NCBI GenBank assembly: GCA_046538235.1
Contig: JBKHJG010000007.1
Coordinates: 10,517-74,516 of the forward strand
Reading direction: 5' to 3'
Length of the DNA stretch: 64,000 nt
Source: Dehalococcoidia bacterium
GTDB lineage: Bacteria > Chloroflexota > Dehalococcoidia > GIF9 > AB-539-J10
Shown: one piece after another, positions 56,446-64,000 of the stretch
How positions within the stretch are numbered: position 1 is the stretch's first letter
Layout: every line of letters starts with the position of its first letter
The notes under the pieces: model-generated
Database searches by the model: none
Told to the model about the DNA's origin: nothing
Seen by the model: the letters and a program-made list of their open reading frames with translations, nothing else
Translations under genes and position numbers: made by a program

Positions 56446-57978
56446 GTGCGCGTCATAATAAGTGTTTCAAACAAATCGGGAGTGGTTGATTTTGCCCGCG
56501 GGCTGAAGGAGCTGGGTGCCGACATATTCAGCACCGGCGGGACCAAGAAGGCTCTGCAGGCAGCTGGTCTGCCGGTACATGGCATCTCGGAACTGACAGG
56601 CTTTCCCGAGATCCTTGATGGCCGGGTGAAGACCCTGCACCCGACAGTACATGGCGGCATCCTGGCCCGGCGGGACCTACCCCAGCACCTCTCGGAGCTA
56701 GCCCGGAACCAGATAGAGCCGATCGACATGATAGTGGTGAACCTGTATCCTTTTGTAGAGACGGTAAGCAAGCCCGACGTCTCCCTGGGCGACGCGCTGG
56801 AGAATATCGATATCGGCGGGCCCACTATGCTTCGCTCGGCAGCCAAGAACTTCCCCTCCGTCCTGGTGGTAGTCGATCCCGAAGACTACGATGCGGTCAT
56901 GGTGAAGCTGCGCCAGGGCAATATAGATTCAGACTACAGGAAGCGTTTGGCCCAGAAAGCTTTCCAGCATGTTGCTCTTTATGACACAGCCATCGCTCAA
57001 TACCTCGGCGAGGAGACCTTCCCCGAAGAGATGACTATAGCCTTGAAGAAGGCCCACAGCCTCCGCTACGGGGAGAATCCCCATCAACAGGCTGCCTTCT
57101 ACCTCGAACGCAATGTGAAACAGAGGCAGGATAGCCTGGCGTCGCTGGAACAGCTCGGTGGACCGGAAATTTCGTTCAACAATCTTCTCGACCTGGATGC
57201 TGCCCTGAACCTGCTGGCTGACTTCGACTCTCCCACCATTGCCATATTGAAGCACAATAATGCCTGCGGCCTCGCCTCCCGCGACGACCTGGCGGAGGCC
57301 TATCGGCTCGCCCTGACCGGTGACCCCGTGGCCGCTTTTGGCGGGGTGGTGGCTGCTAACCGGCCCATTGACCTGATGACTGCCCAGGAGATAGACAAGA
57401 CCCACTACGATGCCGTCATTGCTCCGCGATACCAGGATGAGGCGCTGGCATTACTGACCCGAAAGAAAGGGCTGCGCATTATCAAGGTTGCTCCGTACAG
57501 CTCTCCCCCACCCTCTGGGCCGGTTCTAGACTTCCGTCAGGTCAGGGGTGGTCTTCTGGTACAGACTCTGGACGCCTTGACGGAGTCCGAGCTCAGGCCC
57601 CGAGTGGTGACCCGTCGCCAGCCTACAGCTGCCCAATTGTCAGACCTGGTCTTTGCCTGGAAAGCGGTCAAAGGCACAAAGTCCAACGCCATAGTCGTGG
57701 CCAAGGACGGCACGTTGTTGGGCATGGGTGCCGGGCAGCCAAGCCGGGTGGTGAGCGTCGAACTAGCTTTGAAGAAGGCCGGTGATCATGTCAGAGACAG
57801 CGTCCTTGCCTCGGACGCATTCTTCCCCTTCACCGACGGCCCGGAACTAGCCATCAAGCATGGAATAACCGCCATCATACAGCCCGGTGGCTCGGTAAGG
57901 GATGAGGAGGTGATTGCGCTGGCAGACAAGCATAATGTTGCCATGGTGTTTACCGGGGTCCGCCATTTCAGACACTGA
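56446..57978 (+). CDS. purH: AICAR transformylase / IMP cyclohydrolase
   Basis: GRVKTLHP, IDIGGP, RYGENPHQ, ASDAFFPF. Confidence 0.97.
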   Translation: MRVIISVSNKSGVVDFARGLKELGADIFSTGGTKKALQAAGLPVHGISELTGFPEILDGRVKTLHPTVHGGILARRDLPQHLSELARNQIEPIDMIVVNLYPFVETVSKPDVSLGDALENIDIGGPTMLRSAAKNFPSVLVVVDPEDYDAVMVKLRQGNIDSDYRKRLAQKAFQHVALYDTAIAQYLGEETFPEEMTIALKKAHSLRYGENPHQQAAFYLERNVKQRQDSLASLEQLGGPEISFNNLLDLDAALNLLADFDSPTIAILKHNNACGLASRDDLAEAYRLALTGDPVAAFGGVVAANRPIDLMTAQEIDKTHYDAVIAPRYQDEALALLTRKKGLRIIKVAPYSSPPPSGPVLDFRQVRGGLLVQTLDALTESELRPRVVTRRQPTAAQLSDLVFAWKAVKGTKSNAIVVAKDGTLLGMGAGQPSRVVSVELALKKAGDHVRDSVLASDAFFPFTDGPELAIKHGITAIIQPGGSVRDEEVIALADKHNVAMVFTGVRHFRH

Positions 57979-58145
57979 CACACGAGAGACATAACGCCAC
58001 GCTCTGGACTGTGGCAGGTTCGATTCTGCACTTCGGCTCGAGACTCCCGCACCGACATGCAAGACACTCCGGCTTTGGACTTAGCAGGCGGACTTGGTTT
58101 AGAATCTGTATATTAGGATTTAGGGCCTCTGCCAGGGAGTGAGAC

Positions 58146-58466
58146 ATGTTGATGATCGGTAGAGAAGCTATCAACAGCGTTATGTCGCTAAAAGGGGACA
58201 TAGCTGACTCAGCTAACAGGGCCGAGTGCATCGCCCGCATAGAAAACATGATAGGAATGAAGGAATCTCACCTAGCAAGGGCAGAATGGGGCTCTTGCTG
58301 CGGCAGCATCTGCACCCTGGCGCCACAAATAGATAGCGAACTACAAATGCTTCGCAACGCCCTTGAGGCCCTGCGGAGTGGGGACAGCGCGAAGGCAAGC
58401 TCTTTGCTGGATGATTACGTGGCCTTCCTGCACAGAAACTACGCCCCAGAACCCGAACACTGGTGA
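58146..58466 (+). CDS. Hypothetical helical protein with WGSCCGSIC motif
   Basis: 106-aa ORF, GGGAG RBS, stop 4 nt before the next ATG. Confidence 0.65.
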   Translation: MLMIGREAINSVMSLKGDIADSANRAECIARIENMIGMKESHLARAEWGSCCGSICTLAPQIDSELQMLRNALEALRSGDSAKASSLLDDYVAFLHRNYAPEPEHW

Positions 58467-58470
58467 TGTT

Positions 58471-59997
58471 ATGCCCAGGGCGGTAATCGTCACAGACATG
58501 CTGCGTGGCTTCCTGGAGGAAGGTTATCCCCTGTATTGCGGCGCCGGGGCCCGCCGCATCATACCCAATATCCAGGGGTTACTGGAACGGGAGTTGGAGC
58601 AGGGCTCAAAGGTCTTCTACCTATGTGACCACCATACAACCGACGACCCTGAGTTCAGAATGTTCCCTGCACATGCCGTTGAGGGCACCGAGGAGGCGGA
58701 ACTCATACCCGAGCTTGCGCAGTATCCCGGTGAGATAATACCGAAAAGGACCTTCAGCAGTTTCTACAACACCTCTCTGGATGAAAGGCTGGAGGCAATC
58801 AAGCCTGAGGTCATAGCCGTATGCGGCGTAACCACGCATATCTGTGTTCTCCAGGCGGTGATGGATGCCAGAAATAGAGGCTATGAAGTGGAGGTCCCAG
58901 TTGACTGTGTTGCTTCCTTCGACCAGAAGGCCCACTTTTTTGCCCTGGACTACATGGAGAATGTGCTGGGAGCCAAGCTCATAAGACCGGCGGTCGAGGC
59001 CCGTCCTCCTCGTTTCGAAATCCCCCAGTCATGGTTGAATGGCGAGCCCGCCGACATCTATTTTCCGCGGACCGTGGAGATACTCGGGAAAGAAGGAATC
59101 AACCCTGTAGCAACCATGGAGGTATTCCCCCGAAAGGCTGGCATATTGTGTGGTGTAGAGGAAGTCAAGGCTTTGCTCCATGAAGTGCTTCCTAAGGACG
59201 ATTGTGAAGTATGGGCGTTATCGGAAGGAGAGGCCTTTAGCAGCAAAGAGATAGTCCTGCGGATAAAGGCGCCTTATCAAAGCTACGGGACCTATGAAAC
59301 AACTTACCTCGGCATGCTCTCCCATTGTAGCGGCTGGGCAACCGCCGCCCGACAGTGCGTTGATGCCGCCCGCGGCATTCCTGTCATCAGCTTCGGTGCC
59401 CGTCATGTGCACCCATCGGTAGTGGGAATCATGGAATACTCAGCGATAGTGGGAGGCTGTGCTGGCTGTGCCAGTACCTCCGGGGCAGCACTGGCCGGTA
59501 TCCACCCCACTGGGACCATTCCTCACGCCCTCATCATCATAATGGACAGCACCACCAAGGCGACTCTTGCTTTCGACAGGCATATGCCTCCGGACATCCC
59601 GCGTATCGCGCTCGTAGATACTTTTGAAGACGAGGTCAGGGAAAGCATAGCCGTGGCCAGGGCAATGAAGGGCAAGTTAGAGGGCGTGAGGCTGGACACG
59701 CCTTCAGAGAGAGGTCGCGTCACGGCCGGGCTGGTCAAGGAAGTTAGAGCCTGGCTGGACCTCGAGGGGTTCAAGGAAGTGAGGATAGTGGTCAGCGGCG
59801 GACTCGACCCGGAAAGGATCACCTACTTCATCGACGAAGGGGCCCCGGCGGATATCTTCGCCGTGGGCAGTTACATCAGCGACGCCAGGCCCATTGACTT
59901 CACCGCCGACCTTCATGAGGTGGAGGGCAGGCCCATCGCCAAGAGAGGCAGAATGCCCGGCATCACCCCCAACCCCAGGCTAAAGAGAGCGATCTAG
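58471..59997 (+). CDS. Fused nicotinamidase-like isochorismatase + nicotinate phosphoribosyltransferase
   Basis: N-terminal DMLRGF, DHH...D.EF...P.HA, K...SSF, ICV; C-terminal ADIYF, SFGARH, GTIPHA, VRLDTP, VSGG. Confidence 0.88.
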   Translation: MPRAVIVTDMLRGFLEEGYPLYCGAGARRIIPNIQGLLERELEQGSKVFYLCDHHTTDDPEFRMFPAHAVEGTEEAELIPELAQYPGEIIPKRTFSSFYNTSLDERLEAIKPEVIAVCGVTTHICVLQAVMDARNRGYEVEVPVDCVASFDQKAHFFALDYMENVLGAKLIRPAVEARPPRFEIPQSWLNGEPADIYFPRTVEILGKEGINPVATMEVFPRKAGILCGVEEVKALLHEVLPKDDCEVWALSEGEAFSSKEIVLRIKAPYQSYGTYETTYLGMLSHCSGWATAARQCVDAARGIPVISFGARHVHPSVVGIMEYSAIVGGCAGCASTSGAALAGIHPTGTIPHALIIIMDSTTKATLAFDRHMPPDIPRIALVDTFEDEVRESIAVARAMKGKLEGVRLDTPSERGRVTAGLVKEVRAWLDLEGFKEVRIVVSGGLDPERITYFIDEGAPADIFAVGSYISDARPIDFTADLHEVEGRPIAKRGRMPGITPNPRLKRAI

Positions 59998-60795
59998 GGC
60001 CTCGCATATCCTGGGCAGTATCTCGCCTGTTTTCCCCCGGATCATGTAATCGGATACACCTTCGTAAGTGAGCGGCGTAGGCTCCGCATTTATCTCTATT
60101 ATCTTCACATCAGTCTTATGCCCCACGACATCGAAACCCGTGACATCCCGACGAAATCTTGCCATCCTGGGTAGACCGGCAAAAGGATAGACCACTGCCG
60201 ATGTTCCGCAGATAAGCACCAGGTCACAATTCGAGACTTCTCTCTCCGATTCTGTCATCACGTCCCGAGGTATCGGCTCATTAAAGTGGACCACGTCATA
60301 TTTGAGGGCGGCACCGCACTTGCAGCGAGGAGGAAGCTCAGCAAGCGAGACTTCTTCTCTGGCAAACCTCGAGCAGCAAGACACACATCGCAATGCCTGC
60401 ACACTGCCGTGGTACTCAATGACCCTCCTGTTCCTGGCCTTGCTGTGCAGACCGTCAATATTCTGCGTGATCACGCACTTCAACATGCCCAGAGCTTCCA
60501 GCCGGGCCAGAGCGTAATGGCCCGGATTAGGATGGGCCCGCCTGATTTCTTCATAGAATGCCCCGTGTGTCGCCTGAGGCCCCAGTATGTCTTCCCAGTA
60601 CGCCCTGGGGTTGTTGAGGAAAAGCTCGTATCTTCTATAGGCCTGGGCCTCAGCCTCCTTGCTCGTGGTCCAGATGCCCTTGGGACCCCTGAAGTCAGGT
60701 ATGCCCGATTCTGTGGACATGCCCGCTCCGGTTAAGGCAATCGCATATTTACTTTCGGCCAGATCCCTTGCTGCCCGCTCGATCAGTTTTTCCAT
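59980..60795 (-). CDS. cobB: NAD-dependent deacylase (sirtuin)
   Basis: TGAGMSTESGIPDFRG, TQNIDGLH, HG, two Cys pairs, GTS..VYP. Confidence 0.92.
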   Translation of the reverse strand: MEKLIERAARDLAESKYAIALTGAGMSTESGIPDFRGPKGIWTTSKEAEAQAYRRYELFLNNPRAYWEDILGPQATHGAFYEEIRRAHPNPGHYALARLEALGMLKCVITQNIDGLHSKARNRRVIEYHGSVQALRCVSCCSRFAREEVSLAELPPRCKCGAALKYDVVHFNEPIPRDVMTESEREVSNCDLVLICGTSAVVYPFAGLPRMARFRRDVTGFDVVGHKTDVKIIEINAEPTPLTYEGVSDYMIRGKTGEILPRICEALDRSL

Positions 60796-61835
60796 TCACG
60801 CGAAGCCAACCCTTCTATCTCCAGGAGATTGCCACTGGTTGTCGTTCTGGCGCCGAGAAACTCCTCGATAAGCCACAGGTTTGTCTCCACATGGTCAGTA
60901 ATGCGCGGGACTGAATACCTGGTCAGTCCCTCGGCCAGGGCAGTATAGATTATGAGCTGGTCAGCGGCGTATCTATCAACCGCGGCCCCTGTGTCCACAT
61001 CCTCTATGAACCTCTCAGCCACGTATCTCCCTATGGATTCAGAGCTCCGGCCCGGCCTCCCCACCCTGTCGGAACCCAGTCGGCTGCCTGAGCCCGTGTG
61101 GCAGTATATAGCCAGGGCTGCTCCCTCCTGAAGCGAGCTTTGGTCATCGACTTGCTGGATTTCGGCCCTGTAACCATAAGAGCTCAATACCCTTCCGCAT
61201 TCCGCCGCCATTCTCTGGCTGACCCTCTTTTCCTTCAGATGCGAGGAAAGCGCAACACCCTCGACATGCCGGATCTCGCCTTGCTCGGCCAGATTGAGTG
61301 GCCTCAATTTTCCCGCCGGCTCAACTCTTAGTTCGAGGATCCCTCCACCTCTTGGTACATATCCGGGGCGGATTATGTCCAGTTCCGCCTGCGCACCCAT
61401 CTGCTTCAGCAATGGCAGCAGAACGAACCTCATATGATAAGCCGAAGGGGCGAAGTCCTGAAACAGCCCGCCTTCCAGCCTGAATCTGGACGGCTTGCGG
61501 GCAAAGCAGGCCAGGGGCAGGAGCGTCTGCGCCATCATGGTAGCTGACCCCGCAGTCCCTATGTCCCAGCTATACTCCCCGCCGCTGAACCTCCTCCCGG
61601 GTGTGTAGGTAATCTCCCTCGAGCCCAGCGAGGCATTCTGCACCACACCGCCACACATCTGACAGCAGGCCTGCACCACCTTGAGATGCTGGGCCCTCAG
61701 GCCCGGCTTGTCTCTTCCGGCCCTGATGTTCTCTATCCTTACTTCCTTGCGCAGCAGGCTCGCCAGCGCCACAGAATGGCGAACTATGGTCCCGCTACCC
61801 GACCTGGCAGCACCATCAATAGTTATCATGTACAC
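60783..61835 (-). CDS. rtcA: RNA 3'-terminal phosphate cyclase
   Basis: IRAGRDKPGLRAQHL, DIGTAGS, GY.PRGGG, ADQL, TDHVETN. Confidence 0.92.
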   Translation of the reverse strand: MYMITIDGAARSGSGTIVRHSVALASLLRKEVRIENIRAGRDKPGLRAQHLKVVQACCQMCGGVVQNASLGSREITYTPGRRFSGGEYSWDIGTAGSATMMAQTLLPLACFARKPSRFRLEGGLFQDFAPSAYHMRFVLLPLLKQMGAQAELDIIRPGYVPRGGGILELRVEPAGKLRPLNLAEQGEIRHVEGVALSSHLKEKRVSQRMAAECGRVLSSYGYRAEIQQVDDQSSLQEGAALAIYCHTGSGSRLGSDRVGRPGRSSESIGRYVAERFIEDVDTGAAVDRYAADQLIIYTALAEGLTRYSVPRITDHVETNLWLIEEFLGARTTTSGNLLEIEGLASREWKN

Positions 61836-61886
61836 CCACCGAAATCCTCTGCACGCTCATGCGCCGCAGTCCGAGACATCTTCGGC

Positions 61887-62282
61887 TTAGGCTTGCTCCA
61901 GTTCCTCATGCATCGCCTGACAGCGGTCGCGCCAGAGCCTCTGGTAATCCACCGGGGACACGATCCTGTCCTTGAGGTCTGCTATCGTGTGGATCCCTTC
62001 CTCCTCACACCAGTGCACGCAGATGTCGTACTCCTCCCAGTCCAGGTCGTCCTCGTCCCAGACTACCCTAATCTCTGTAAGGCCGGCCAGAAGTGCCGCC
62101 AGTGCCCGGGTGTGGCCATCTGTCATGATGACCTTACCACCGAGCTCCTTCACCGGAATGGGCGCAAGCGAATCAGGTCTCAAAGGACCGAAATCCCTCA
62201 TTACTTGAGCTAGTTTCGCGGAGCTGATGAATAGCTGGCTGGGCTGCATTCGATCCAATTTCATCATAAACGTCTCGCTCAT
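61887..62282 (-). CDS. ParB/Srx N-terminal-like small protein
   Basis: QPSQLFIS..KL, PIPV, TDGHTRA; GAGGTG RBS. Confidence 0.65.
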   Translation of the reverse strand: MSETFMMKLDRMQPSQLFISSAKLAQVMRDFGPLRPDSLAPIPVKELGGKVIMTDGHTRALAALLAGLTEIRVVWDEDDLDWEEYDICVHWCEEEGIHTIADLKDRIVSPVDYQRLWRDRCQAMHEELEQA

Positions 62283-62592
62283 CCATCACCTCATCTCTGG
62301 AACTCGCCCGCACCTGACTGTAACAATAGCATAACAACAGACCTGGCTCTAGGCCACACACCGGCAACCTTGCATGCCTCGCGCAGCAGATAGCTTCGGT
62401 CTCTCGTGTTGTACAATGCCCTAGCCTCCCAGGGACAGAGACCGTCCTGCGATGGATTGCGCTGCATTATGATAATGCGGCCTTGAGGATGCTGGCGCGC
62501 CGACACACAGGCCTGTGCGCGAGGGGGAGTCGGTGCGCCGCGACACTCTGGAGTTGTCCTGACCACAGAATACTATATAATAGGATTGCACG

Positions 62593-63933
62593 ATGGCTGA
62601 ATTCGATATTGCGGCTTACGTTTCCCGTATCGAGGCCAACCGCTCGATCAAGGACGCCTTGATGCAGGACCTGAGGACACGGCGACCCCCCTACCGCATC
62701 TCCGTAACCGACCTGCTCAACATCAAACAGGCCTACTTCAGGAGGAAGTATCCCGAGATAACGCCGCCTATGGAGAGACAGCAGCTCATGTGGGCCGGCA
62801 CCGGCTTCCATAAGACCTTTGGCTCAGCCGTATCCAGCGAGGAATACCTGGAGCAATTCGTGGAGGCCGAGGGCATAGTGGGCAAGATCGATATCTACGA
62901 CAAGATCCCGGTGGAGGTCAAGACAACCTCTACACCGGTAGACACCAAGGACTTACTGCGATACAGGCCGACTTACATAGAACAGCTGGGCATGTACTGC
63001 GCCATGGTCAATGCCCACGAAGGAGAGGTCATCATCTACCAGCGCCAGGTGGAAGAGGTACCCTCGACTCCTCCTCTGGCCGTCTATCACGTCGCTTTCC
63101 CCGACCTGAAGGCAATTCGGGAGGAGATGCGGCGGAGGCGAGACTTGCTGGTGGAAGCGCTCATTGCCAATGACCCCAGCAGCCTGCCCGTGTGTCCCTG
63201 GTTCGGCCGGCAGTGTGACTATTCCCACGTATGTGACTGCGCGACAACCTCAGTGCAGGCGTCCTACGAGATAGCCGGGTTAGCCGGAGAGATCTATGCC
63301 GATAGCAGTACCTGTGAGCAGCTCCTGACCAAGATGGCCGAACCGCACCCATCCCAACTGCTCGGCATCAACGACATTGTGTTCCCACGCAAGGCGTTCT
63401 TCGAGCGCCTCAGGTTGCAGGAAACTCCTTCGGCTCAGGAAGTGCGGGAAGACAAGGAAGGTTATCTCCGTTCCATGGACGAACGCGGCTTCCTCGACGC
63501 GCTCCGCGATTCGTTGCGCTATGGCGCCCCGGGCGAAGCGCAGAGAGTCCCGGTCCAACATCTGCCCCTAGCGGACCTGGTCCAGGTCTGGCAGAACTTG
63601 CCTACCATCCTGCGCAACCCGAAGCTTTCTTCCCTGGTGGAAAGGGAGCGCCTGCCCAGAGCCTTCTCGCACTACTTCCTCCGCCTGGGATTCGAGTGCG
63701 CCCTCACGGAGCACTCAAAGGGCAGGCTGCTGCTCTACTACGTCAAAGTCCCCAAAGAGGATGCCAAGCTGATGGTCTACGATGTGACCTTCAGAAAGCT
63801 GGATGCCATCAGGGATGAAGCGCTGCGCAGGGTTGAGCTTCTGGAAAAGGGGGGAAAGGCCCTCGAGCTTCCCAGGTGCCCCTCCTGGCTGTGCCCCTAC
63901 TGCGAATACAGTGTTGAATGCGGCGAGGCGTAG
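62593..63933 (+). CDS. Tandem Cas4-like PD-(D/E)XK nuclease
   Basis: Domain 1: SVTDL, GTGFH, GKID...VEVK, QLGMY, CPW....C.Y...C.C. Domain 2: INDIVFPRK ... CPSWLCPYCEY...C. Confidence 0.75.
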   Translation: MAEFDIAAYVSRIEANRSIKDALMQDLRTRRPPYRISVTDLLNIKQAYFRRKYPEITPPMERQQLMWAGTGFHKTFGSAVSSEEYLEQFVEAEGIVGKIDIYDKIPVEVKTTSTPVDTKDLLRYRPTYIEQLGMYCAMVNAHEGEVIIYQRQVEEVPSTPPLAVYHVAFPDLKAIREEMRRRRDLLVEALIANDPSSLPVCPWFGRQCDYSHVCDCATTSVQASYEIAGLAGEIYADSSTCEQLLTKMAEPHPSQLLGINDIVFPRKAFFERLRLQETPSAQEVREDKEGYLRSMDERGFLDALRDSLRYGAPGEAQRVPVQHLPLADLVQVWQNLPTILRNPKLSSLVERERLPRAFSHYFLRLGFECALTEHSKGRLLLYYVKVPKEDAKLMVYDVTFRKLDAIRDEALRRVELLEKGGKALELPRCPSWLCPYCEYSVECGEA

Positions 63934-64000
63934 AGCAGCTGGGACGCCTGTATGGTCTAGGACGCTTACTTGAGCCCGTTGAACCGCTGCCATTGTAGCA

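Noticed and set aside
58014-58029. tRNA-like T-loop gcaggttcgattctgc
   Set aside because: No acceptor, D or anticodon arms can be folded around it.

Overview
About 64 kb of a GC-rich bacterial chromosome. Gene content and order (archaeal-type AglB, nusA-ylxR-infB-rbfA without rimP, rpsO-pnp-dapB-asd, Hdr-like modules) suggest Chloroflexota, class Dehalococcoidia; this is inference only. (1) 1-15.5 kb is a surface/N-glycosylation locus (multidomain glycosyltransferase, PglK-like ABC exporter, wecB, nucleotide-sugar dehydrogenase, aglB). It is interleaved with four intact toxin-antitoxin pairs, an orphan antitoxin and several gene fragments. Almost every junction, and two loops inside wecB, carry strand-polarised short repeats (9-mer GRGTTYRTT, 7-mer RGTGANY, a 38-bp hairpin element), and no recombinase is present in the window. 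This repeat-delimited cassette array is the best candidate for an undescribed system. (2) 15.8-23.7 kb: rhomboid protease, radical SAM protein, Mre11/Rad50-like pair, pabA/pabC-like genes. (3) 23.7-37.2 kb: one co-directional block (carboxyltransferase, biotin carboxytransferase, FAD 2-hydroxyacid dehydrogenase, FeS-MvhD fusion, LarA homologue, fumarase, HdrBC-linked fumarate reductase) whose order suggests a methylmalonyl-CoA-type pathway, possibly via D-malate. (4) 37-58 kb: housekeeping genes. (5) 58-64 kb: PncA-PncB fusion, sirtuin, RtcA, ParB-like protein and a tandem Cas4-like nuclease. I found no rRNA, tRNA, CRISPR array, integrase or transposase.
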